Source: a virus
Taxonomy: Duplodnaviria; Caudoviricetes
IMG/VR virus record: IMGVR_UViG_3300030376_008412
Coordinates: 1 to 38,255 of that record
DNA: 38,255 bases
Direction: 5' to 3' (one strand)
Under the pieces are notes generated by a model. It saw only the letters and a program-made list of their open reading frames with translations. It had not been told where the DNA came from and ran no database searches. Position 1 is the stretch's first letter. Each line of letters opens with the position of its first letter. A program made the position numbers and the translations under genes. Shown one piece after another: positions 18,343 through 26,700 of this stretch.

Positions 18343-20072
18343 TACATCTCCTTGGTTATTTTAACATTATTAACATTTAGCTTAACATTTAAATGCTCTT
18401 TCTCTCTATTCTTATCACTTTTAAGATGAATCATTTCAATCAATCCAGTCTCTTTATTCTTATAAGGTGCTAAAGATAATAGTTTGTTTGCATTATATGC
18501 TATTCTAAATGAACCTCTAGAAGAAGCCATATTCATACCTTCATGAAAAGCTTGTTTAGTAATTTCACTTACAGCAAACAATATTAGTTTATGTTTAACT
18601 GCAAGTTCCATTAATTGTTGAGATACTTCTTCAACTTTCATATTATTATCTCTTTGTTTTGATTTAAAGAGACCCATATGATCCACTACAACAATCTCAG
18701 GCTTAACTTCTAACATAGCTATTCTTTTTTCTAGCTCGGAAACATAAGGGGCTGAATAATCTACTGTTAACCATTTAAACTTTTCTTCCATGCCATTACG
18801 CATTTGTTTATAGTGATTAACAAGCTCTTTTTCATCCCAATTGTTTTCAATCATAACAAACCTAGACCATATCTGTCTTGGACTCATTTCCATTTCAAGA
18901 AAATAAGTTGGACGCTTAAATGCATTCATCCAATTCTGAAGAAGCATAGTTTTCATACTAGCAGGTGGTGCTTGTAGTATAACAACTTCTCCTGGATAGA
19001 TTGGGAAATCTTGACCATATAAGCCTCCAAGATTTAATGGTTCTATATCTGCTTTATAGAAATCGATAAGTTCTTTTTCCATTGTTTCTGCACTCATTAT
19101 AGCTTCTGGGACTAATGTTCTTCTCCCTCCGTGAAGCTTACATGATGAATCGCAATAGAATCTAACTATAGGGTCATCCCAGCCATATCTGTAACCTTCT
19201 CCAGCATGACCAGTATAACATCCTTCTATTATCTTATCCATTTCTTTTTCTTTGAAAGGGCTATCTTCTGTACTAACTCTCTTTCTCCATGCATCCATTA
19301 TCATTTTAACTACATATTCAGGAAATCTCCATCTAAGATATGAACCTATTCTTAAGGCAACCATATGTCTTTTTCCTTTAGGAGCTCCTTCCATCATCTT
19401 TTGAATACATGTGTGATGTTTTGTATCTTTGGGTATTACTACTGTTTTTTCCTTTTTAACAGCTTTAATAACATTAAACACGGGTTCGCATTCAAATGGT
19501 TCTTCAGGAATCTCAGATGGATCAGATGCAATGCTAATAAGCGTATTGTTATCGACAATATCATTGATGTTTTGTATCCAAACTTTCCATAGTCCAGACC
19601 TACTATTTTTTGTATTTAATAGCCTAACAATGCGCGATTTATCTGTAACTGAAGGATCTGCATACTCAAATATACCTGCTTTAGTTAAAGCTTCTTTTAC
19701 ATTTAAGTGTAGATTCTTATCAGGTTTCCATCTGAATGCTGTACCAGGTATACCTACATGGAATCCTCTTCCACTAAAGTATATTCTGTACGGAATTAGC
19801 AAGTCATCTAATATGATTAACAATGCTTTTGTTTTCTCTTTAGCTTGACTTGCTGTTGAACCGTCTATATCAAGGATAAATTCATCAGGCATATATATAA
19901 GCCCATCAAACCCTGATAAAGATTTGTGCTTAGTGTAATACTCTATTACATAATCATCATAATCATAAAGAGAAATAAAAGTATCTCTATCTGAACCCAT
20001 CCAGTCAACTGCTTTATCAGAATTTTGGAAGTGATGTCTATTAGATACTCCAAATGCAAGTTCTTTTATCAT
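18342..20072 (-). CDS. Primase-helicase (AEP primase-polymerase, PriCT-like domain, DnaB/SF4-like helicase)
   Basis: AEP motifs LDID, FSGRGFH, D..RIVRL; HTCIQKM..G...GKRH; helicase APPASMKT, FLEMEM, VVVDHM, KSDKNR. Confidence 0.85.
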   Translation of the reverse strand: MIKELAFGVSNRHHFQNSDKAVDWMGSDRDTFISLYDYDDYVIEYYTKHKSLSGFDGLIYMPDEFILDIDGSTASQAKEKTKALLIILDDLLIPYRIYFSGRGFHVGIPGTAFRWKPDKNLHLNVKEALTKAGIFEYADPSVTDKSRIVRLLNTKNSRSGLWKVWIQNINDIVDNNTLISIASDPSEIPEEPFECEPVFNVIKAVKKEKTVVIPKDTKHHTCIQKMMEGAPKGKRHMVALRIGSYLRWRFPEYVVKMIMDAWRKRVSTEDSPFKEKEMDKIIEGCYTGHAGEGYRYGWDDPIVRFYCDSSCKLHGGRRTLVPEAIMSAETMEKELIDFYKADIEPLNLGGLYGQDFPIYPGEVVILQAPPASMKTMLLQNWMNAFKRPTYFLEMEMSPRQIWSRFVMIENNWDEKELVNHYKQMRNGMEEKFKWLTVDYSAPYVSELEKRIAMLEVKPEIVVVDHMGLFKSKQRDNNMKVEEVSQQLMELAVKHKLILFAVSEITKQAFHEGMNMASSRGSFRIAYNANKLLSLAPYKNKETGLIEMIHLKSDKNREKEHLNVKLNVNNVKITKEM

Positions 20073-20095
20073 TTTTTCTCCCTATTGGTTAGTTG

Positions 20096-20629
20096 TTAGA
20101 ATATTTCAGCTGCTTCTTCTGTTGCGTTATTTGGACCGTCTGAAATAAATCCATTAGATGATGTCTTATTGGCAACATAATTATTGAAGTACTTTTCAGC
20201 ACTACTTTTCCAATAGTCTACATCTTTTTCCTGAAATGATTCTACATCATTAGCAAATACAGTAGGAGCAAATTGCTTTAATACTCTTGTGTATTTTCCA
20301 TCAGGATGAAAGTATGCATTAAGTTGCTTGCCTTTAAGTAATTCTGGATTATCATCCATCTTAACAACTATTCCTTCTGGACCTTCTAATCCACCAGTAA
20401 TACCAGCATTAGCAAATCTAAATACTTGACCAATAGCAAATTCTTCACCATTAGAGCCTTTAGTTGCATATATTCTAGCATTAAATGTGTCAGGATATCC
20501 TTCAAACCACATATCAAGGAATTGAGTTCCATTGAAGTCGCCATAACTAGCTTTAGATATCGTTACTGTTTTCCAACCTTGTGAAAAGTCGGTTCCACCG
20601 CCTTTCTTAATTGTCATAGTTCTTGACAT
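20096..20629 (-). CDS. Putative single-stranded DNA-binding protein
   Basis: Beta-rich with acidic tail ending EEAAEIF; lies between the Sak4-like ATPase and the primase-helicase. Confidence 0.6.
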   Translation of the reverse strand: MSRTMTIKKGGGTDFSQGWKTVTISKASYGDFNGTQFLDMWFEGYPDTFNARIYATKGSNGEEFAIGQVFRFANAGITGGLEGPEGIVVKMDDNPELLKGKQLNAYFHPDGKYTRVLKQFAPTVFANDVESFQEKDVDYWKSSAEKYFNNYVANKTSSNGFISDGPNNATEEAAEIF

Positions 20630-21423
20630 TATTTATCTCCTTCGATTTGTTTGTTATATTCTTCGGTTGCAACATTTGGTTTAGAAACCTCTTGAGTTAA
20701 TGTTTGTAAACTCATAGTTTTTCCACTACCTGGACTCCCTATTATAAGTATCCTAGTGTTGCTAAACCCTTTCTTTTTTGCTGCTTCTTTAACTAAAGAA
20801 AAGTCTTGATCTATCATATCATCTAATAGATTTGTTCTGTCTTTAGCATTGTCATACATTTCATCTCTTTTAGTAACCCATACAAACTTTCTCATATTAT
20901 TCTTTTTGATAGTTTTTGTATAGAAGACAAAATCAAACCATTTACTAATATCATCTTTAGTAGAACCATCGATATATGGCTGTATTCTTGTTGAGCCATC
21001 ATCCATAGTTTGAGTCTTAGAATGACATGTTAGTACTATAGTTCCAGGGATTCTGCTAATAAACTCTAAGCACGAATCAAGCTTATTCTTTAATTGTCCC
21101 CATCCCTGAATTTTCATTGCTCCAGATTTATCTGTTAAGCTTCTTTGAAACTTTTTAGATAATTCAGAAAATGTATCAAGTACTAAAGCATCTACTTTAA
21201 CATTATCTTTTGGTACTACAACTGTGTGAGTTTCAGGTATCTCAAGTGAACCTATCTTCTTAACTACTGTTTCTGTTTTAGAGGTATATATATTACTTAA
21301 TATGCCTTGAAACTGATCCCATGTAGATGGGCTTAAAACAGGTAATCCAAAGATTCTTTCACATTCTTCTTTCGAACCGAGCGTTTGATGCCCATGTTCT
21401 AAATCAAAATAAAGAACTTTCAT
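20629..21423 (-). CDS. AAA_24/Sak4-like ATPase, circularly permuted
   Basis: VLYFDLEHG at the N-terminus, LVLDTFSEL, LTCHSK, FDFVFY, AKDR, and Walker A GSPGSGKT near the C-terminus. Confidence 0.8.
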   Translation of the reverse strand: MKVLYFDLEHGHQTLGSKEECERIFGLPVLSPSTWDQFQGILSNIYTSKTETVVKKIGSLEIPETHTVVVPKDNVKVDALVLDTFSELSKKFQRSLTDKSGAMKIQGWGQLKNKLDSCLEFISRIPGTIVLTCHSKTQTMDDGSTRIQPYIDGSTKDDISKWFDFVFYTKTIKKNNMRKFVWVTKRDEMYDNAKDRTNLLDDMIDQDFSLVKEAAKKKGFSNTRILIIGSPGSGKTMSLQTLTQEVSKPNVATEEYNKQIEGDK

Positions 21424-21475
21424 TAATGATTTTCTCCTATTTATTGGTTGTTTTTGTTACAAATAATGGTCATTA

Positions 21476-21503
21476 AATTTAACTAAAATTCGGATAAATT
21501 CAA
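21476..21503 (-). promoter_or_regulatory. Putative sigma70-type promoter for the replication operon
   Basis: TTGAAT-N16-TAAATT, about 50 nt upstream of the AAA_24 start. Confidence 0.4.
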
Positions 21504-21529
21504 AACATTATTTACTGTTTTTTGGAAGA

Positions 21530-21670
21530 AAATAAGTGCTTATACCCTCTGGGGGAACGGCAGTCCATAACAGCTACCTTACGCCACCGCTAGAAGGTCA
21601 AACGGCCCGAAACTTTTGTTATCGGGTACATGTGGTGGAGGCGTCACTTGCCCATTATAAGCACTCATTT
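21530..21670 (-). ncRNA. Structured RNA candidate (~140 nt)
   Basis: 15-bp closing stem with one G-U on the minus strand. Inner helices CCACC/GGUGG, CCCGA/UCGGG and GGUAG/CUGCC; loops AUAACA and UGUUAU are complementary. Confidence 0.6.
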
Positions 21671-21822
21671 TATTTATTTGAAGATACTGCTTCCTCAATC
21701 AGCCATGTGACTTGTCCAGTCATACTTCTGTGTTGAGAATTAGCTAATTTAGATAACTTTTTATAAGTATCCAACTCTATTCTAAAAGCTACTGCTTTCG
21801 TATCTTTGTAGTATTTCTTCAT
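21670..21822 (-). CDS. Arc-like ribbon-helix-helix DNA-binding protein (50 aa, not in ORF track)
   Basis: MKKYYKDTKAVAFRIELDTYKKLSKLANSQHRSMTGQVTWLIEEAVSSNK* with AAGGA SD. Matches the Arc pattern (strand, helix, RS, helix). Confidence 0.8.
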   Translation of the reverse strand: MKKYYKDTKAVAFRIELDTYKKLSKLANSQHRSMTGQVTWLIEEAVSSNK

Positions 21823-21856
21823 TTTTCTTCCTTTATTAGCCTTAGTGCTAATTTTT

Positions 21857-22246
21857 GGGGGGCACTCCTGCCTAGGAACCAGCTCTCACCCCCCTGCTAT
21901 GCAAGCAATTCTTTGGGACGAACCATAAGTTACTTCTTAGGCTATTTAGAGTGGTCTTCATGTCGTCCCCGTGTTGTATATAGTGTAAGCATCTGTTATC
22001 TGCAGCCACAGTGATCATCTAGTTACACTTAACACATAGACCTTGCCACCTGACATTATTCCGCCTTTACGGTACGGTGCCTTGTGTTGGTCATAAGTTT
22101 ATGAGAGCAATAGTTCAGGAGGTGCCTGGTTATACCTGTCTATGCTTAAGCTCGCCAATTACCTATTGCTCTCTAATTAATCAGGGGAATATTGAGTGTG
22201 TGGGTCTTTGGCGAGATCCAACTGCTAGGTGAGTAGCTATTCCCCT
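21857..22246 (-). ncRNA. Tandem array of ~6 short stem-closed structured elements
   Basis: Inverted-repeat pairs G6/C6 (21857-21894), GGGACGA (21915-21969), AGTGTAA (21982-22029), a weaker unit ~22035-22095, GAGAGCAATAG (22103-22173) and AGGGGAATA (22183-22246). GC-richer than flanks, no credible ORF. Strand assumed from the operon. Confidence 0.55.
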
Positions 22247-22250
22247 AATA

Positions 22251-22904
22251 TTATTTATTCTTCATTAACATTGCTGGAAAACTGAATACAATTTCTTTCT
22301 GTACTCTTTCTCCAGTTATAAACTTCTTAACAGTATTAACTATAAAGCTCCCACTCATATTAGAGCAATAACTAGTAGCCTTACTAGTACAAGGTTCTGG
22401 ATCTCCCTCACTATCAGGATACCATTTCTTCTCATAGCTTTTAACTGTTGGTTTAGCAAAGAAATACTGCTGATATTGTTCTGCTCCCATTCTACCGTCT
22501 ACAATAAATAGCGGTTTAATCCTAGGGTTTTCGCATAAAACTTTAACAGCATCTAATCTTGATTGCATTGAATCAAATCCTAATATAGCAACATCATTGT
22601 CACCTTGATATTCGAATATTTCAAATAATCCATCAAAGCTTTTAACTGTAGCGCTGCTATTAATGCTTAAGATATGATCTTTTAGTGCATTTACTTTAGG
22701 CTTGTTTACATCATTTAATATATAATGTGATACACCTATGTTCTCAAGACTAACTCTGTCCATATCATATAAACAGAATTTTTCTGCACCCATTCTTGCT
22801 AATTGGATAGCTGTGGAACTGCCAATAGCTCCACAACCTAATATATGAAAATAATAGTTGTCCAATCCTTCAACTATATCTTTAAAACGAGTAGTAATTG
22901 ACAT
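22251..22904 (-). CDS. ThiF/MoeB-family E1-like adenylyltransferase
   Basis: ILGCGAIGS...LARMG...YDMDRVSLENIG...KVNAL, D...SR, DGRMG. Candidate catalytic Cys in EPCTSKAT. Confidence 0.92.
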   Translation of the reverse strand: MSITTRFKDIVEGLDNYYFHILGCGAIGSSTAIQLARMGAEKFCLYDMDRVSLENIGVSHYILNDVNKPKVNALKDHILSINSSATVKSFDGLFEIFEYQGDNDVAILGFDSMQSRLDAVKVLCENPRIKPLFIVDGRMGAEQYQQYFFAKPTVKSYEKKWYPDSEGDPEPCTSKATSYCSNMSGSFIVNTVKKFITGERVQKEIVFSFPAMLMKNK

Positions 22905-22914
22905 TCATTTCTCC

Positions 22915-23820
22915 TTATTGATACCATCCACTTTTCCAAGAAAGCTCAGTTATTAATACTGATTCTATATCTTCAAACTTTTGATTTACGTCTATAAAAT
23001 CAGCAGGTTCTTTATAATGAATAGTTGTATCATCTTCTTTAAAGTCTTTTATTTCAAATCCCGCTTCAGCAGTTTTTAATTGCATATTGCAAACACGAAT
23101 TTGTTTGTTAACTTCATTGTAATCAACTTCTCCACCCATAAGCTCTCCCATTAATTGGTCTAGCATGTCCCATGTTTGTTTGTAGTATCTTTCAAACGTA
23201 GCATTTTCAATAGTATTTTCATTAATACTGTCAATTGCTTTGTAATTATTAATATTAAATAAATTACTTTGATTGCCATTCTTATATGAATTTATTTTAC
23301 TACTATAGCTTGAAGTTTGTGTAGAGCACTTATCATTTACTTCTTTAATAATTGATTTAGGGACTTCTTTTTCATTATTCTCAATTAATAGTTCAACATC
23401 TTTGTGCACCTCAATGGGCTCCCAGACAGAAACTCTTAATTTATACTCTTCTTTAAGATTTACTACTAAAGCAAAGCTAAAATCTCCTTCATTAAACTCT
23501 TCAATAGCTTCTAAGTCTGTTGAGGACCAGAATGCTGCCATTGTATGATGAGAATGCCACCATAAGAATCTATATTCAGCATTTTTATACTTTTTGCTAG
23601 ATGCTATTTTAGTATAGTATTTTGCTAATTCATCTTTTTGCAACACAGTGTTGCCTCCAGATATTACTTGCTTAAGTATTACTGGATCTTCAATCCACCA
23701 ATCATCATCTTTTTTGATGCATACTGCCATTCCACCTATTTCAGCTCTGTGTAAATCATATGCAGCTTCAGAATAGTTTATAATCTTTTTCCAGGACTTA
23801 CTATCTATGTGAATTTCCAT
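22915..23820 (-). CDS. JAB/MPN+ (JAMM) metalloprotease with C-terminal extension
   Basis: EIGG...WWHSHHTMAAFWSSTD fits the E-xn-HxH-x7-S-xx-D JAMM motif. Confidence 0.9.
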   Translation of the reverse strand: MEIHIDSKSWKKIINYSEAAYDLHRAEIGGMAVCIKKDDDWWIEDPVILKQVISGGNTVLQKDELAKYYTKIASSKKYKNAEYRFLWWHSHHTMAAFWSSTDLEAIEEFNEGDFSFALVVNLKEEYKLRVSVWEPIEVHKDVELLIENNEKEVPKSIIKEVNDKCSTQTSSYSSKINSYKNGNQSNLFNINNYKAIDSINENTIENATFERYYKQTWDMLDQLMGELMGGEVDYNEVNKQIRVCNMQLKTAEAGFEIKDFKEDDTTIHYKEPADFIDVNQKFEDIESVLITELSWKSGWYQ

Positions 23821-23968
23821 TCTTTTTACTCCTTAAATAATGTTTCATAGTATCTAATTTTATAAATATATGATCATCTGGGCGAAATAATTCAATCCAA
23901 TGTTTTTTCTCCTCTTCATAATACATATCTATAATATCGTTTAAAGCATTTTTTGTATTTGTATCCAT
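23801..23968 (-). CDS. Small hypothetical protein within the Ubl module
   Basis: Likely start MDTNTKN with GGAGG SD; overlaps the JAB start. Confidence 0.6.
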   Translation of the reverse strand: MDTNTKNALNDIIDMYYEEEKKHWIELFRPDDHIFIKLDTMKHYLRSKKNGNSHR

Positions 23969-23979
23969 AATTCCTCCAA

Positions 23980-24089
23980 TATTAAAAGAGAGCCTCACAT
24001 ATTCCTTTGCCTGTCAGTATTGGTCGGGTATCTACGGGACTGACTGCCATTTAGGACTTACAGGACCAGTTATTGGCTCTCTCTTAATA
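23980..24089 (-). ncRNA. Structured RNA candidate directly after the Ubl gene
   Basis: 15-bp closing stem UAUUAAGAGAGAGCC/GGCUCUCUUUUAAUA (one G-U on minus strand). Inner GUCAGU/ACUGAC helix and potential UGGUC/GACCA pseudoknot. Confidence 0.6.
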
Positions 24090-24099
24090 AACTTAAATA

Positions 24100-24318
24100 T
24101 TACTGATTGCCACCAGTTTTGTTACTGATAACAGCAGCTACTTGATCATCATCTTGTAGCTCATAAGTATCCGTAACATCTCTACCATTAACAGATATGC
24201 TAGCACCATTAGGTATTTCCATTTCTGTTCTTAGTTGAGATATAGTTCCAGATTGAACTTCTGTATCTACAAAGCGTGCGCCTCTCAAGTATTTAATTGT
24301 TTTTGTTGTTGTTGACAT
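24100..24318 (-). CDS. Ubiquitin-like (beta-grasp, ThiS/MoaD-like) protein with pro-extension
   Basis: 72 aa: TISQLR...ISVNGRDV...YELQDDDQVAAV...KTGGNQ; AGGAG SD. Confidence 0.88.
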   Translation of the reverse strand: MSTTTKTIKYLRGARFVDTEVQSGTISQLRTEMEIPNGASISVNGRDVTDTYELQDDDQVAAVISNKTGGNQ

Positions 24319-24340
24319 TGTTGTCTCCTTGTTTAATTAA

Positions 24341-26116
24341 TTAAAACGGTACTTTTTTCCATACTCCATCTATATCTTCATACCATCCTTCACCATGTCC
24401 TACTGCAGTGAACTTCTTTAGATCAGGTGTGATAGAAGAATTAGAATCTTTTTTCTTTTCTTTAGGTTTAACCCATTTGAAATATTCATTAGCCTTATCA
24501 AAATCTATATTTAAATCCTTATATGATAAAGTGTAATCTTCTTGTTCAATATAAAGCATATCTTCTTCAATAAAACTAATTGAGGTAGCTATTAAATCAT
24601 CTTCATATAACTTGAAATCATTTATTAATAGTTCTTTGAACCTACCATTACCAAAATGTTGGTTCCACATATATTCTAAATGATTACATGAATTAATTAT
24701 TGTAGCAGGATTACCTTTAAATGGTAAACAGTCATTTTCATGCATCCATTCTTCTTTTTCATTTAACATATCTTTGAAGAATATCATGTATGATATGAGT
24801 CTTGAATTTTCTCTGTGTTTATCTAAGAATTTATAAATATCTTCAAAATCAGAATCACTAAGCATTATATCTTCTATCTTATCATTTCCTATTTCAGATA
24901 TTTCCATAAGAACAGCTTCTCTCTTATATTGAAAACTTTCATCAAAATTCTCTTTATAAAAGCTGCAACTATTCTTTAGAGAACAATTCATTTTATTGCA
25001 ATAAACATCTTCTAACTCTATATTGCTTCCAAGCTCTTCATGATCACCAGGATACATACATGATTCTGCAGAAGTATGATTCCTTACTATTGTAAGCAAC
25101 CTTTCATCGAAACTTGAAGGTCTTCCATAAAATAGCATAGAAATATCATTCATTGGTGCAGTTTTGTTTACCACGTATGTGCTCATCCATTTATTAAAAT
25201 GATAAAAGAATGATGTATAGTCTAATTGTAGCAAAGCTATTCTCATGTCTGATTGCAATTCTCCTTCACAGATATATTCCCACTTAGTTCTATTTCTTGT
25301 ATTACGACTCATGTAAGGATGTAGTAATCTTCTATTGTCATTAACACAATATCTAGCTTTAACTGCATATGAGTCCCAGCTACCTATTCTAGTTACATAG
25401 TTTTGACTCCTATATCTAGCATTAGGTAATTGAGTAATATTTTCTATAGAATTATTACATAATGAGTTTATCCATTTGACTATAGGTATTTGAAAGCAAA
25501 CCTGTATAGGCCATTGAAGTTCAATAGGTTGATTGACAGGTTCAGAACTTGTATCGTTAGCAATAGTTACATTTATTTCATGACCTTTCTTTACTGTGCA
25601 TAATACATACAATAAAGGTATGTTGCTTTCTAAGTCATTCTTATCTATAAATGCATCGATATGAATAGTACTTGAACCAGAATTAAATAGCTCTTCAATT
25701 ACTTTATCTTTTACAAATTTAAACTTTTCTATAACAACATCAGAGTTATCTTGAAATTCAGCATTTGAGCTCCTTAAATCGTCTAACAGATTTTGCAAAC
25801 TATTTAGTTCTTGTTTAAAGTTTCTATATCTCCATGTAGACTGATCTATTTTATTTAAGAAAGTAGATACTTTACTTGTTCTAACATTCCAGCCTAGTAT
25901 ATCAGTATAAGCTTTTCTAATCTTATTATATATACCAGGAGACCATCTAAATGTCTTGGTAACCCCTATATCAGAATTATATCTGTAATTAAAGTCTTCA
26001 ACCTTCTCTAATATTTCTTTTTGAGGGCCCAGTAACACTTGTTCTGACAGATTCTCTATTTGACTGTTACTTATTTCATCTAGAGAGATTTTTTCAAAGT
26101 TTGGATCTACAAACAT
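24341..26116 (-). CDS. Multidomain protein with putative prokaryotic E2-like domain
   Basis: LLHPYM-x11-ICEGE (HP...C-x-G) followed by helices and Y...P. Also a Cys cluster SC...CNKMNCSLKNSC. Adjacent to Ubl, JAB and E1. Confidence 0.6.
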   Translation of the reverse strand: MFVDPNFEKISLDEISNSQIENLSEQVLLGPQKEILEKVEDFNYRYNSDIGVTKTFRWSPGIYNKIRKAYTDILGWNVRTSKVSTFLNKIDQSTWRYRNFKQELNSLQNLLDDLRSSNAEFQDNSDVVIEKFKFVKDKVIEELFNSGSSTIHIDAFIDKNDLESNIPLLYVLCTVKKGHEINVTIANDTSSEPVNQPIELQWPIQVCFQIPIVKWINSLCNNSIENITQLPNARYRSQNYVTRIGSWDSYAVKARYCVNDNRRLLHPYMSRNTRNRTKWEYICEGELQSDMRIALLQLDYTSFFYHFNKWMSTYVVNKTAPMNDISMLFYGRPSSFDERLLTIVRNHTSAESCMYPGDHEELGSNIELEDVYCNKMNCSLKNSCSFYKENFDESFQYKREAVLMEISEIGNDKIEDIMLSDSDFEDIYKFLDKHRENSRLISYMIFFKDMLNEKEEWMHENDCLPFKGNPATIINSCNHLEYMWNQHFGNGRFKELLINDFKLYEDDLIATSISFIEEDMLYIEQEDYTLSYKDLNIDFDKANEYFKWVKPKEKKKDSNSSITPDLKKFTAVGHGEGWYEDIDGVWKKVPF

Positions 26117-26131
26117 TACACCTCCTTTAAT

Positions 26132-26596
26132 TTAACATATTACAAAACCTCCTGATTCATTACAGAAGTTCATAAATTCTACAACATTTTCCTCTGCAAA
26201 AGGATAATTACATTGCCAATGGTCTGACTTACCATTACCTTCGCAACCATTACATTCACCTTTTACATGTTCATCATCACGCTTACCTGTCCCTTCGCAT
26301 AAATCACAAATTTCAGTTTTACGAAGCTTTTTTATCTTAGCCATATACTCCTCTTCGTATTTCTTAACTTCGCCTTGTGATATCAATTCTGCGAGTCTTT
26401 CAGCGATCAACTTAGATTTTCCTTCAGATATTTCCCATCCACCATTAAAGTCACCATTCTCTATATCTTCTTTGGTTAATATTTCTTTACATGCCTGTGA
26501 TATGAAGAACCATAAAGGTCTCCACCACCATACATTATTGCGAAAATAGTCACCTTTTTCACTTTTTGGTTGTAATCCACTGACATCAAATCCCAT
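26132..26596 (-). CDS. Phage protein with inserted DnaJ-type zinc finger
   Basis: YFRNNVWWWRPLW N-terminal motif; CDLCEGTG...CNGCEGNG (2x CxxCxGxG). Confidence 0.75.
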   Translation of the reverse strand: MGFDVSGLQPKSEKGDYFRNNVWWWRPLWFFISQACKEILTKEDIENGDFNGGWEISEGKSKLIAERLAELISQGEVKKYEEEYMAKIKKLRKTEICDLCEGTGKRDDEHVKGECNGCEGNGKSDHWQCNYPFAEENVVEFMNFCNESGGFVIC

Positions 26597-26700
26597 TATA
26601 GTCTTCTCATATATGTTTTAAGTGCCTGAATAGCTATAATACATAAACATATTTGCATGATAGCACTTGATATATATAATAAATCGAAAATTACGCTCAT
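26596..26700 (-). CDS. Small membrane peptide (34 aa)
   Basis: MSVIFDLLYISSAIMQICLCIIAIQALKTYMRRL* with AGGAG SD; overlaps neighbours. Confidence 0.6.
   Translation of the reverse strand: MSVIFDLLYISSAIMQICLCIIAIQALKTYMRRL

Noticed and set aside
1242-19848. Antisense ORFs 1242-1511, 6413-6601, 8580-8879, 15659-15871, 18223-18429, 19365-19592, 19429-19848
   Set aside because: Shadows of longer, motif-bearing genes on the opposite strand, with no SD or motifs.
21857-22246. CRISPR array or mini-array
   Set aside because: Units have inverted arms but share no direct repeat, and there are no cas genes.
22251-24318. Thiamine or molybdopterin biosynthesis (ThiF/ThiS) auxiliary genes
   Set aside because: No ThiG, MoaE or sulfurtransferase in the window; the JAB and E2-like neighbours fit conjugation better. 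Not fully excluded.
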